Position numbers and translations under genes: made by a program
Shown: in pieces, positions 21,526 to 31,966 of the stretch
Position numbering within the stretch: the first letter of the stretch is position 1
Layout of the letters: each line of letters starts with the position of its first letter
Notes under the pieces: generated by a model
Seen by the model: only the letters and a program-made list of their open reading frames with translations
Database searches by the model: none
Told to the model about the DNA's origin: nothing
Source: Trichomonas gallinae
Taxonomy: Eukaryota
Reading direction: 5' to 3'
NCBI GenBank assembly: GCA_008369845.1
Contig: MRSU01000169.1
Span: forward strand, 1-58,900
Length of the DNA stretch: 58,900 bases

Positions 21526-21723
21526 CACGAAAAACTACTAACAACATCATGAAAAGTGACATAAAAATTTTGGAAAAAGCAAAAGTAACTTATTTTGTCA
21601 TGTAAAATTAATTTGTCGTGTAAATTGTCAAAAATACTCTTTATTGACAGATTTAGTTATGATTGAAAAAAAAAAACAATGAATGAGTTAACATAACACT
21701 ATTTTTATTAATCTATTATTTAT

Positions 21724-23301
21724 TTACAAATCTTTCTGTGAGAAAAACGTTCTAACATAGTAATGGACTTTGTTTTGGAAGAGGAAATACATGAAAATTA
21801 ATAAAACGCATAATAATATGTTGGGGCTCAAAATCGTGAACCAAGAGTATATTGTATCCTTCTTCTCCTTATACGAGCACATGAAGCAGTCTCTTCTGAG
21901 TTTGCTAGACAGCGCCAAGTTGTCTGATGCAGTAAACTTCAAACCATACAACCGGCGCTTTCCATCTATCTTCAGATGTCCTCCAATAATTTGTCCCTTG
22001 AAGAAATCAGACTGAAGGTTTGTGATTCCACCCACAGATATGACTGAAGCACCTTCTGCACCAATCGGCTGGTAGAAGTGGTTCGAGTCTATGTTGGAAA
22101 CAGAGTTTGTCGCGTTTATAGATGTACCATGCTCTTTCGTGAAATCGTTATGATGTATTTTGACTCTGGATTCGTTCACGTGTATTGTTCCGAGCGACGC
22201 CATGTTTTCCGAGAAAGATGTCAGTGTGATATCCACTGTGCTGTTGGAGTCAGTCATAATTACCGAGTCGTCAAATCGATTTGACGAAAACTTCGCATGC
22301 TTGATGTCTATTTTTGATTTCAGGCCTCTTGTGTCAACGAGTGACTTGCCTGAGTTCCCTTTGAAGTTTGCTGTTGAATATACTATAAACTGGCTGCCTG
22401 GAATATCAAACATTGCTTTGTCACCGCTGAAATTATTACGAAATTCAGATTCGTTGAAGGTAACAACGGCACCAGCGGACGTGCTTAAGAACGTTCCTTG
22501 ATTGTACTGTATTGAGTTGTTTGAAAAGTTGAATTCGCATGTTCCATCGCATAGTAATAATTCCTGATGATGATTATTTTCCCATGTGCAATTCCAGAAT
22601 CCGAAACAGGATCTGAATTCGAATTGGTGTAATGGAGCAAATGGTGATGCGTTGTTGCGGATTGTCGTATTCGTATATTCGCAAACTGAATTTATCGCAT
22701 AAAGTAATGATTGCGGCGAATCATGTTCAACAAAGTTTCGTTCGATAACTGTCATGTTGAGGTACAAATGTGTCGAGAACATGGCGACTAGTGATGTGTT
22801 TGTGACTGTATTTTCAGCTAAATAACATTCATCGAGTTTGCATTTGCCAACGCCGAACATTAGCATTGCTATACTACCTACCACATAGTTGTGAGTAAAT
22901 GTGCACATAGAAATCACTCCTTGTTCGATTTTTCTGAAACACATAATCGAAGTTTTGAATCCTGTGAAGTGGAATTTGTGTAATCTAGATTCTGCTGCAG
23001 ATTGCAACACAATAAAAGAAACTCCATATTGTTTATAATTGGTTCCATTTATAGTCATATTATCTGAAGTGACAATCGCGCCTTTTCCTAGTGCAACATT
23101 GAATAAAACTCTAATTTTGTTTAAATCTTCTTCTTTATCAATGTAAGAACCTGCAATATGAATATAATCTCCTTTTTGGACTTGCGAAGCAGCATTTTCG
23201 AAATCACACGGTGCAAGCGCATGACAAAAAGTGTTGTTGAGTCCATTAACTTTTGTGTAAAGCTCTTTACATAAAGTATTAAAAATAAATAAACTCAACA
23301 T
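21724..23301 (-). CDS. Secreted/type I membrane protein, probable pectin-lyase-like parallel beta-helix
   Basis: Short N-terminal signal (MLSLFIFNTLC), repeated xFxxN/CTFTHN/NTTIRNN motifs, C-terminal TM ILLCVLLIFMYFLF. Confidence 0.75.
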   Translation of the reverse strand: MLSLFIFNTLCKELYTKVNGLNNTFCHALAPCDFENAASQVQKGDYIHIAGSYIDKEEDLNKIRVLFNVALGKGAIVTSDNMTINGTNYKQYGVSFIVLQSAAESRLHKFHFTGFKTSIMCFRKIEQGVISMCTFTHNYVVGSIAMLMFGVGKCKLDECYLAENTVTNTSLVAMFSTHLYLNMTVIERNFVEHDSPQSLLYAINSVCEYTNTTIRNNASPFAPLHQFEFRSCFGFWNCTWENNHHQELLLCDGTCEFNFSNNSIQYNQGTFLSTSAGAVVTFNESEFRNNFSGDKAMFDIPGSQFIVYSTANFKGNSGKSLVDTRGLKSKIDIKHAKFSSNRFDDSVIMTDSNSTVDITLTSFSENMASLGTIHVNESRVKIHHNDFTKEHGTSINATNSVSNIDSNHFYQPIGAEGASVISVGGITNLQSDFFKGQIIGGHLKIDGKRRLYGLKFTASDNLALSSKLRRDCFMCSYKEKKDTIYSWFTILSPNILLCVLLIFMYFLFQNKVHYYVRTFFSQKDL

Positions 23302-24189
23302 TTTTAGAAATCTGTCACTTTTAATATAATTGACAATCTGATACTTTACTTTTGACTTTTTGACACAGGATACATACTATGCCAAATGATTGTATTAGCA
23401 ATGAATGAAGCATCTCTTATCATTTCTTCTGTAATTCCGTGTATATTAAATAGCATTCAATGTGAGTTGAATATATCGGTCTACACTACGATTAGTGTGT
23501 TTTGCAGATCGAAATCATTTTGAAAATTAATTTTCTATATCTACAGTTAAATGTGATATATGCGACATTTTCCATGCGATTTCGCGACAAGCTACTATAG
23601 TTGTTATTCTTTGAACATATTGTTGGAAACTTTATGTAAATATTCGTGACAAAAAAAAAGAAATTCTTTGAAATAATATGTTGATTCGAAATAGTAGGCA
23701 CACGCTTTTTGATACAGATTTCACAATCATGTTATTCAATGATAATATTTGTAGCATAAAGTCATAGATCGATTGAAATTTATTTTTCAAGATTATTTGT
23801 TTCAGTAAATATCAAAATAAATCTTGATCTGTACTCATCTATGCATATGAATGGTAATAGATATATTTTGTCAATATTCTAAATTTGACCGAAGTTATAT
23901 TTTGTGAATTACAAAATTTTCATAAAATACTCTAATTATAGAATAGAATACTTTTCAACTATTTTTGATCTACGACTCTTTTTTTTATACATAAATTTTG
24001 AGAACACAATTAACGTATAACGAATATTAATTTCATGTCAATATATTGATTATAAACTTGATATTCTATTATTTAGGCAATATTCAAAAACATTGAAATT
24101 ATTGAATATTTAGTAATTTTGAATTGATGCTTCAATTTATTGAGAACTGAAATTAGTCTGAATTTACCATCTTTGTCATTATAAGCAGA

Positions 24190-25324
24190 ATGAATAACTT
24201 GCTTACGATTAGCAAGATCCATAATGATATGATAAAGAAAGCCAGAGCTCCTTTAGCGAATTCAGACGACGATGTCGATAAAAAAGCATTCAAGGAGTGT
24301 GATAAAATTAATTATTTATACGGAGATGATGGATACATTGAAACATATTATGTTTAAAAAGGCGAACCACAATGCTTCCGTGGAAGGATGCTACTTGGTG
24401 CAAATTCAACATGGGAGATCTCAACAGCTCTTATGGATCCAGAGACATTAAAATATAGCTACACCTATGATGTTTCAAGAGTGGTCGTTTCACTTGGCTT
24501 TTCATTTAATGAATCAATAACAATTCCTCCAATAACAAAAGTGAAATGCGTTGGAGCCGATTTGTGCAAAGTACATGTAATGAATGTACCTTATTCGTAT
24601 TTATGGGAAACTAAAGGAGAAGCAGCTGGAATTAAATTCGATCTTGTCATTGGATTTAAGAGCATTGTTTCCATAAAAAAAAGATGGAGAAATGACTTTT
24701 GGTATTAGGTCAAAAGGAAAAGCTTCATCGAAGTCAAGTTCAAGTGAAACTACTTTTACTAATGCTCTTATATCAGGATTCAACAAAAAGTCATTCTCAT
24801 TCGAACGCCAGAGAGGTGCCTCATTTGATTTTTCCTATCTTACTTGGGGTGATTCTGATCTCCCTCTTAAAGGAGAACTTGAAGGTGAAAGTACAAGGTT
24901 GAAAGCTTATGCAACAGTTGATTTGGATGAATTCCTAGCAGATATTGAAAATAAAAAATATGATCCAAAGGACTACAAGATAGAATTGTTGAATACATTA
25001 AAGTGGAAAGATGTATCAAAAAGTTCCAAGCTGAAGAGTTTATCTGTCGAAGATGATAATGAAGAAGAGTTTCTCATCCCAGAATTCACAGCAACACTTT
25101 CCACCAAAGGCGGCGCTTTTGATGAAAGTAATGTCGATCAGGAATTCCCGACAGATAAGAAAGGATTGAGCGCAGGAGCAATCGCAGGTATCGTTATTGC
25201 TGTTATCTTGGTAATCGCAATCATCGCAGTCTGCGTCTGGCTTTTTGCATTTGGAGGAATCAACAAATTCAAGAAGAGCAAGGTCAATGCATCAGATTCT
25301 GGTGATAATAAAGACACACCTTAA
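24190..25324 (+). pseudogene. Disrupted type I surface membrane protein gene (premature TAA plus frameshift)
   Basis: The frame from ATG 24190 hits TAA at 24355-24357, then continues in frame into ORF 24388. An extra A in the A8 run 24675-24682 separates it from ORF 24692-25324, which ends in the GLSAGAIAGIVIAVILVIAIIAVCVWLF TM and a basic tail. Confidence 0.75.
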
Positions 25325-25473
25325 TGTAAACAATTGATTTTATTAGTTCTTTTATTAGTTTGGGATTAGTTATGTGCCTTTGGATGAGTATCATATGATC
25401 CAACAGTAAACTCGAAGCAAGAGCAGTCATGCGAATTATCATTGAACAACACAAAAGCAATACACTGAAATAA

Positions 25474-25545
25474 AGGAATCAACAAATTCAAAAATAGCAA
25501 TGACAAATCATCAGATATCTGCTTAATTTAAACTGTTAATTTTAT
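25474..25545 (+). repeat. Degenerate duplicate of the 3' end and 3'UTR of the upstream membrane-protein gene
   Basis: AGGAATCAACAAATTCAA is identical at 25255-25272 and 25474-25491; 25320-25343 and 25522-25545 match at 20 of 24 nt. Confidence 0.8.
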
Positions 25546-25953
25546 GACCTTTGTCATATATGATTAACAATAGATTTTTGTCGATTGCATCATATTATTC
25601 ATACAATTTGCAAATAATGAAACAATAGCTCAATCCAGAAATAATACATACTAAGTCTCATGATATCAAAAGTCGAGTTGCTTGATACATCAGACTGCTG
25701 CATTAAAGAAATAATTTATCAACTCGAGACATTTGAATTTCTCCAGACTAATCCGAATTAAAAAAACAAGTTTGTTCATCAGGAAACTTAATTATTAAAA
25801 TAAGGAGAAATTCAATAAAAGCAGTTCCACCAGTTAAATTTAGTGTACTATGGACAAAAGAGATGCCGAAATTCAGTATAATATGCTTGTTCGTTACTTG
25901 AGAATTTGCATTGTGAAAAAATACAAAAAAATAGTTTATTATTCGTATATCAA

Positions 25954-27480
25954 CTAAATTTCAGGTGACCACAAAGCTGAATCTGATTCCATGTGGTTCA
26001 CTTTCTTGACAGATCTTCTACTCTGAGTTCTACTCTGAGATCTTGAGACTTCGGTGCTTTCATCATCTGAGCTTAAGATTGGCTTCTTCTGTGGTTTCTT
26101 CGGTGGCTCATCATTATCTTCATCGTCAGAAAATGCTGGTTTTGAAGGTTTCTTTGGTTGTTCATCTTCATCTTCGTCATCAGAGAAAAGCATCTTCTTC
26201 TTGCCAGCTGGCCTTTTAGAATCTGACTTCTTCGGTGGCTCTTCATCATCGTCATCATCATCTGAGAAGACCATCTTCTTCTGTTGCTTCTTAGCAACTG
26301 GTTTCTTTGGTGCTTCGTCTTCTTCCTCGTCATCCGAGAAAGCTGGCTTAGATTGCTTTGAAGACTTCTTTGCAACTGGCTTCTTTGGTGGCTCATCTTC
26401 ATCGTCATCATCTGAGAAAGCTGGCTTTGAAGGCTTCTTAGCAACTGGTTTCTTAGGCGTTTCATCTTCATCGTCGTCATCTGAGAAGGCCAATTTTGAT
26501 GGCTTCTTTCCAGTCGATTTTTTAGAATCTGACTTCTTTGGTTGAACTTCTTCATCGTCATCATCTGAGAAGAGAGGCTTCTTCTGTTGTTTCTTAGCAG
26601 GTGATTTCTTTGGTGTTTCATCTTCTTCTTCGTCATCTGAAAATGCCGATTTAGATTTCTTTGATGGTTTCTTAGCCGGTGATTTCTTAGGTGACTCATC
26701 TTCATCTTCGTCATCATCTGAGAAAGCTGGCTTTGATGGTTTCTTGCCAGTTGACTTTTTAGAATCTGATTTCTTCGGTGGCTCGTCTTCATCATCATCT
26801 GAGAAGATCATCTTCTTTTGCTGCTTCTTGGCAGGTGATTTCTTTGGTGTTTCATCTTCTTCTTCGTCATCTGAAAATGCTAATTTCTTATTTGCTGATT
26901 TCTTTGGTAATTCGTCTTCTTCTTCTTCATCAGAAAACACTGACTTCTTATGCTGCTTCTTATTTGCTGGTTTCTTTGGTATTTCTTCTTCATCGTCATC
27001 AGAAAATGCTGCCTTTGAAGGTTTCTTTGACCTTTTCTGTGGTTTTGGTACGAAATCTTCATCCTCATCCTGTGAAGATGAAGCTGGTGGCTTCAATTGC
27101 TTGGGTTTCTTTGGAGATAAATCTTCATCATCTGAATCTTCGACTGGTGGCTGTGTTTGGTTCCTATAAACCGCCTTTGAAGGAGAAGATTCACCAGAAT
27201 TCTCTCTGATCTGCATTCTCCTCTCTTCAACTTCGATCTGTAAATCTTGGACTTGTTTTTCCATAGCTTCGACAGAATTTTTCATTTCTCTGTACTTTTT
27301 TTCGAGTTTGATATATTCCTCAACAAGCTGCTGTTGTGTTTTCGTATGTCTCCTTAAACTTGTTTCTTCCGCTTGCTCCTGCTCTTGTAGTTTGGTGCTC
27401 CCGAGAAGCGTGTTCTTGTTGAGCTTTGGCTCGTGGAATAATTCGTGTTTACTCCTCTTATCTTTACTAGGAGATGACAT
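25954..27480 (-). CDS. Low-complexity protein: N-terminal coiled coil plus 13 K-x-[AVIL]-F-S-D-[DE]n...PKK repeats
   Basis: ATG 27480 follows the TCATTTTT initiator. Coiled coil LVEEYIKLEKKYREMKNSVEAMEKQVQDLQIEVEE, then alternating acidic and basic blocks. Confidence 0.88.
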   Translation of the reverse strand: MSSPSKDKRSKHELFHEPKLNKNTLLGSTKLQEQEQAEETSLRRHTKTQQQLVEEYIKLEKKYREMKNSVEAMEKQVQDLQIEVEERRMQIRENSGESSPSKAVYRNQTQPPVEDSDDEDLSPKKPKQLKPPASSSQDEDEDFVPKPQKRSKKPSKAAFSDDDEEEIPKKPANKKQHKKSVFSDEEEEDELPKKSANKKLAFSDDEEEDETPKKSPAKKQQKKMIFSDDDEDEPPKKSDSKKSTGKKPSKPAFSDDDEDEDESPKKSPAKKPSKKSKSAFSDDEEEDETPKKSPAKKQQKKPLFSDDDDEEVQPKKSDSKKSTGKKPSKLAFSDDDDEDETPKKPVAKKPSKPAFSDDDDEDEPPKKPVAKKSSKQSKPAFSDDEEEDEAPKKPVAKKQQKKMVFSDDDDDDEEPPKKSDSKRPAGKKKMLFSDDEDEDEQPKKPSKPAFSDDEDNDEPPKKPQKKPILSSDDESTEVSRSQSRTQSRRSVKKVNHMESDSALWSPEI

Positions 27481-28243
27481 CACAAAAAAAATGATTTTTT
27501 TTTTCAACGATTCCTTACGTCATCATTTCTTTTGTCATTTTTGATATCTTCATAGAATTATATGTAAGATTTTTAACCAAATTCACGAAATCTTGACTAT
27601 TTTTGGAAATCTTTTAATCAGATCTTGTTTTTCGTTATATAGATACTAAATTTGTTATAAATAATACTTTTAAAGGTTTCAAGTTATGAAATTGATTAGG
27701 TTTTGAGATAAATTAAAACAAAAATTGGCTTTGATTTGAAAGAACTCATACAATTTGAGTATTCAAAATTGAACAATTAAAATATAAATATATCTTCATT
27801 ATTATTGGATAAAAACATTTGTAACTATGAATAAACGTTTCTATATTATCTAATCTATGGTGTTACGTTTTGTTTTTTGCAATTTTTTGTTTCTATGTGA
27901 ATTTTGATTTCGACAACAAAATTAAAAGAATCAACAAAATAAAGCGTAACTTTAATACATAAAATATACTACAGATGACTATAATAGTCATGAGATTGTA
28001 ACTATGCTTGTAATCGAAATTGAGTACTTTTTTCTACAATTAATTATAACTCCACAACAAAGACTATTTTATTTAACTTGACAAAGAAATCGAGTAATGT
28101 AACATCAGTAGTATAATGTTCCGTTACAATTAAGTGAAGATAATCAAAAGAAATGAAATCAAAAAAAGATTTTGTAAAGTCAAATTTATTAATGTAATGT
28201 TGTAAATGTCATATTTGACGCTTTACATGGCAAAAGTGGTTTA

Positions 28244-28251
28244 AAAGTGAC
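28244..28251 (+). promoter_or_regulatory. AAAGTGAC core-promoter motif upstream of CDC27
   Basis: Matches the AAAGTGAC motif known from trichomonad upstream regions; also in sense orientation before eIF3h (31007-31014) and the 23301 gene (23314-23321). Confidence 0.6.
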
Positions 28252-28279
28252 ACCAAAAGTGCACGTTTAGAATATCAAA

Positions 28280-29755
28280 ATGCCTATTACTGAGGAAACT
28301 TTACCCGAAATAATTGATGCCATTCGTTTTTCTCTTGACTTCAGGATATTCGACAACGCTTTATTACTGTGTGAAGAAGCTTTTGCATTCCAAAAAAGTC
28401 CTCAAATCATTGCCCTTTATGCAAAAACATATCTCGAAATGGGTTCTCCTAAACAAGCATCGATATTATGCAAAAATAACATCTATACAGTAGTATCTTC
28501 GCCTGAAACTGTTATAATTTATGCGAAATCTTTAATAGAATCGGGAGATTATATTTCCGCAGAAGAAGTTTTAAGCAAATTCCTGAAATCAGACATAAAT
28601 CCAGAACCAAATCCTTTTAAATTAGCCGCTACATATTATTTGGGAGTAATAATGTGTAGAACCAGTCGTTTTCAATCTGCACATCCTCATTTAGAGGAAT
28701 CATACCGCCAAAACAGGTATTTACTGACAGCACAGAAGAATATATATTTGGATATTATACCAAATACAAGAATACCAGTAGAATATCCTGATAATTTATG
28801 CACTTTAACATTAATCGAAAATTCGGATAAAAATCCCGACGATATACCTTTTCCAGACTACTTTAAGCAGTCTGTCCCTTATTTAGTTCAAAAAGCCAAT
28901 TATTTCTTCCATCAAAGTAATTTCACTCTTGCAACGCGTACATACAAGGAAATTTACCAAAAATATCCATACAATACTCATGGTATGGCATACTATTCTA
29001 CATCACTCTGGCAGCTCAAAGATCCAATAACATTAGAAGAATTATCAAGATATTTCATGGATGTTGCTCCAGGAGACCCAGAAACATGGGTGATTTGCGG
29101 AAATCTGTTTTCACTGCAGCATATCAGTGATAAAGCCATTGCATACTTCGAGAGGGCGAGTAACATCGACAAAACGTATTCATATGGTTTAACGCTCGCT
29201 GGCCACGAATACATGAGTCTTGGCAGAGATTCTGATGCGCAGAACAGATTCAGGGAGAGTGTAAAACGTGCCCCACTGGATTATTCGTCATGGTACGGCT
29301 TGGGAACGATTTTGTATAAAGAGAGAAAATACGGGGCAGCAAGATACTATATTAGAAAGGCACAAATGATCAATAAAATGTCGAGTGTGCTGGCGTCTAT
29401 TTTAGCGCAGACTGAGTTAAGGTGCGGTGATGTGGAAAAAGCCATCGATTTATTCAGGAGATCTATAGAAATGGACAATAAAAACTTTGCAGCTCGTTTC
29501 CAACTCGGATGCGCGCTCCAAGAGCAGGAGAAGCTCGACGAGGCTCAAGAGGAGTTGGAAAGCGTGTCATCATATGCACCTGATGAACCAGTTGCATTGT
29601 TTAAACTTGGACAAATTCATCTTCAAAAAGGTGAGAATGAAATTGCGATGCATTTATTCGTTCAAGCGCTTGTCTATGGATATCCAACTAAATCAGATAT
29701 ATATGAAGAAGTGGAAGGCATCCTTGATCAAATAATTACGAAAATATTGAAATGA
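28280..29755 (+). CDS. CDC27: Anaphase-promoting complex TPR subunit Cdc27/APC3-like
   Basis: DAIRFSLDFRIFDNALLLCE N-terminus; GMAYYSTSLWQL, PETWVICGNLFSLQ, YGLTLAGHEY, YSSWYGLG match Cdc27 TPR motifs. Confidence 0.85.
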   Translation: MPITEETLPEIIDAIRFSLDFRIFDNALLLCEEAFAFQKSPQIIALYAKTYLEMGSPKQASILCKNNIYTVVSSPETVIIYAKSLIESGDYISAEEVLSKFLKSDINPEPNPFKLAATYYLGVIMCRTSRFQSAHPHLEESYRQNRYLLTAQKNIYLDIIPNTRIPVEYPDNLCTLTLIENSDKNPDDIPFPDYFKQSVPYLVQKANYFFHQSNFTLATRTYKEIYQKYPYNTHGMAYYSTSLWQLKDPITLEELSRYFMDVAPGDPETWVICGNLFSLQHISDKAIAYFERASNIDKTYSYGLTLAGHEYMSLGRDSDAQNRFRESVKRAPLDYSSWYGLGTILYKERKYGAARYYIRKAQMINKMSSVLASILAQTELRCGDVEKAIDLFRRSIEMDNKNFAARFQLGCALQEQEKLDEAQEELESVSSYAPDEPVALFKLGQIHLQKGENEIAMHLFVQALVYGYPTKSDIYEEVEGILDQIITKILK

Positions 29756-30004
29756 TATCTTTGTGTATTGTTAATAAATCCTTTTGTTTATATACTTCAT
29801 AAAAATTAATCAACTTTTTATCTCCAAGTTGAAATATTTTATTGAAATATGAAATTATCGAACCAAGCCTAAAACTTCTCAAAAATACTTTCCTTTAAGT
29901 TTAAAATGATAAATTTTCAATAAAAATCAATGAATTAATGCAAATTAAAAAAAATATGAAATTAAACTTTAATAAATATGAATACTCTTTATTCTTAAAT
30001 AGAT

Positions 30005-30994
30005 TTATTTCTTGGAAGATTCGCGGATATGCTCAGACAAAAGGTTAAGTGTATTGATCTTAATCTTCTCATCCTTGAGTTCGGCGAGGATAGCATCTGC
30101 GCGTGCCTTGAACTCGTAAATATTATCGATAGCATCGCGCTTTCTTGACTGTTCGCGCTTTGGAATCTCCTTATCGACATCTTCGAGTGGGAGTGGCTCT
30201 AATTTGTGTGCAATACGGCTCAAGTTCTTCTCCTTGCGCTCTTCGATCCATTCCTTTCTTTTTGCGCGGTTTTCTTCAATCTGGAGTTTATCGATGTTAG
30301 CATTCTTAACATCCTGTGTGATCTTATCTAAGGAGTCGTAAATCTGGAGCATCTGGTTTTGCATTAAGTTCATATCGCGGAGAATGAAGACATCAGAAAT
30401 AAGGTTGAACTTGCTAAGCATTTCTTGGATGAGAGCCTCATCAAGCTTTGTCAAAGCGAAGCTAACACTTAATTCCTGAACGAAGTTGTTGTAGAAGAAG
30501 ACTTCATCGATATAACCGATTTCATTGATATCGTTCTGTTTCATGAATTCAACAGCCTCTGGAGAGACGCGGAAAGCTCTTGTGCTGAGTGAAGAGCCGT
30601 TGATCGTAACGACGAGTGTGAAGAGAAGGGAAGAATTCTCAACTTGGTCTTCCCACTGGCGGTTAAGATCGCGGAAATGAATACGACCACCAACATTGCG
30701 GGATGTGTAGCGGCCGACGTGTTCGTAATCGCAGTATAAAGCTTTGAGTTGATCCATATGTGTTTTCTGGAAGTTTATGATTGAGTTCCTGTATTCTTCT
30801 TTAACTGCCTCATCGGCTGTTTCTGCTGGTTCTGCTTTAAGAGAATATGTAGGGAAAGCGGATGTGACTTCGATTGGATTTTCTGGAAGACCATAGAGGT
30901 AACCTTGGGCATCGGAACCACTACGGCCTGACTGAATATCCTTGATAATCTCAAAGATTGCTCTCGGAGAAATTGTCACTGAATCAGACGACAT
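30005..30994 (-). CDS. eIF3h: Translation initiation factor 3 subunit h (MPN domain)
   Basis: VTISPRAIFEIIK, QGYLYGL...EVTSAFP, MDQLKALYCDYEHVGRY, and C-terminal KNLSRIAHKLEPLPLEDV, which is like eIF3h ENxxRxxRGEPPLPEED. Probable ATG 30994. Confidence 0.82.
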   Translation of the reverse strand: MSSDSVTISPRAIFEIIKDIQSGRSGSDAQGYLYGLPENPIEVTSAFPTYSLKAEPAETADEAVKEEYRNSIINFQKTHMDQLKALYCDYEHVGRYTSRNVGGRIHFRDLNRQWEDQVENSSLLFTLVVTINGSSLSTRAFRVSPEAVEFMKQNDINEIGYIDEVFFYNNFVQELSVSFALTKLDEALIQEMLSKFNLISDVFILRDMNLMQNQMLQIYDSLDKITQDVKNANIDKLQIEENRAKRKEWIEERKEKNLSRIAHKLEPLPLEDVDKEIPKREQSRKRDAIDNIYEFKARADAILAELKDEKIKINTLNLLSEHIRESSKK

Positions 30995-31372
30995 GGCCTT
31001 GTAATTGTCACTTTTAGAGAAAAATCTTGGACACTTTTTCATTTTAATTCGGCATCGATCATCTCATTAAATTATTTCTTTCGCATAATTATTTTGTTTT
31101 AACTAAAAATCAAATCGATATCTTGTGAAATTTATTTTCAAATTTTTTTATTTACAGAAATTAACAACTTTCTATAGACAAAGCTATGCCATTTTGGATA
31201 AATTTATAGTTCTATCATTGTGGATATCATAAAGTCATTTCAAAAACATATATTTTTCAATTGTAAATAAATGAGCCTATTCTTATTGTATAATGATTAT
31301 ATAGTTCTCAAAAACAATTTGGTTTATTGAATAGACAGATTTTTTCTTGGGTTTAAAAAATAATCGATGAAT

Positions 31373-31966
31373 TCATAGTTTTATCAATTGCTTCTTCATT
31401 AGTTCAAAAAAACTAATTATATCGAATCTATGGTTCTTTGTTTTTGGATATTTATCGACACATGTTTTTTCTTTCATAAAATATCCGTGGTTACATTCAG
31501 AACATTGATTTGCCAATGAACCATCGCATGTTTTACAAGCTTTATTGCATTTAATACATGTACCATTTTCATAATAATAACCTGTTTTGCATGATAAGCA
31601 ATTATACCTTCCTGGACCATAACAAGTCTCGCATGAAATATCACAAGCAATGCATGTTCTACTTGAATAATAATATCCATCAAGACATTTATCGCAGTCA
31701 CCATTGCGTGTACATTTATCGCAATATTGAACATTACATGAATTACATCGATAACCACTATCATAATAACCAGGCTGGCATCTGCATATGTCATCATTGA
31801 GATCCATGTAGTTTTTGCATGATAAACACTCTACTTTACCATCATTCAATTCACAAGTTTGGCAATTCATCTCATCTGGGCAGGGTCTACAGTACTGACC
31901 ATTAAAATAGTATCCATTCTGACAGTTTACAGCATATATCTGGCGAATATAAAAAAACAAAATCAT
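31373..31966 (-). CDS. Secreted cysteine-rich protein with furin-like CxxC repeats (VSP-like)
   Basis: Signal-like MILFFYIRQIYA; repeated CxxC..GYY..C units (CDISCETCYGPGRYNCLSCKTGYY, CNKACKTCDG); no C-terminal TM. Confidence 0.85.
   Translation of the reverse strand: MILFFYIRQIYAVNCQNGYYFNGQYCRPCPDEMNCQTCELNDGKVECLSCKNYMDLNDDICRCQPGYYDSGYRCNSCNVQYCDKCTRNGDCDKCLDGYYYSSRTCIACDISCETCYGPGRYNCLSCKTGYYYENGTCIKCNKACKTCDGSLANQCSECNHGYFMKEKTCVDKYPKTKNHRFDIISFFELMKKQLIKL

Noticed and set aside
24355..24357. Stop-codon reassignment as the explanation for the in-frame TAA
   Set aside because: TAA, TAG and TGA all terminate conserved genes here, and long genes contain no internal stops.
25673..25727. 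TCGAGTTG...CAACTCGA inverted repeat as a MITE or pre-miRNA
   Set aside because: Only an 8-bp arm, no target-site duplication, and no second copy in the window.
26054..27209. Poly-Ser/Phe and Met-rich ORFs overlapping the acidic-repeat gene
   Set aside because: Alternate frames of the GAT/GAA/AAG repeats.
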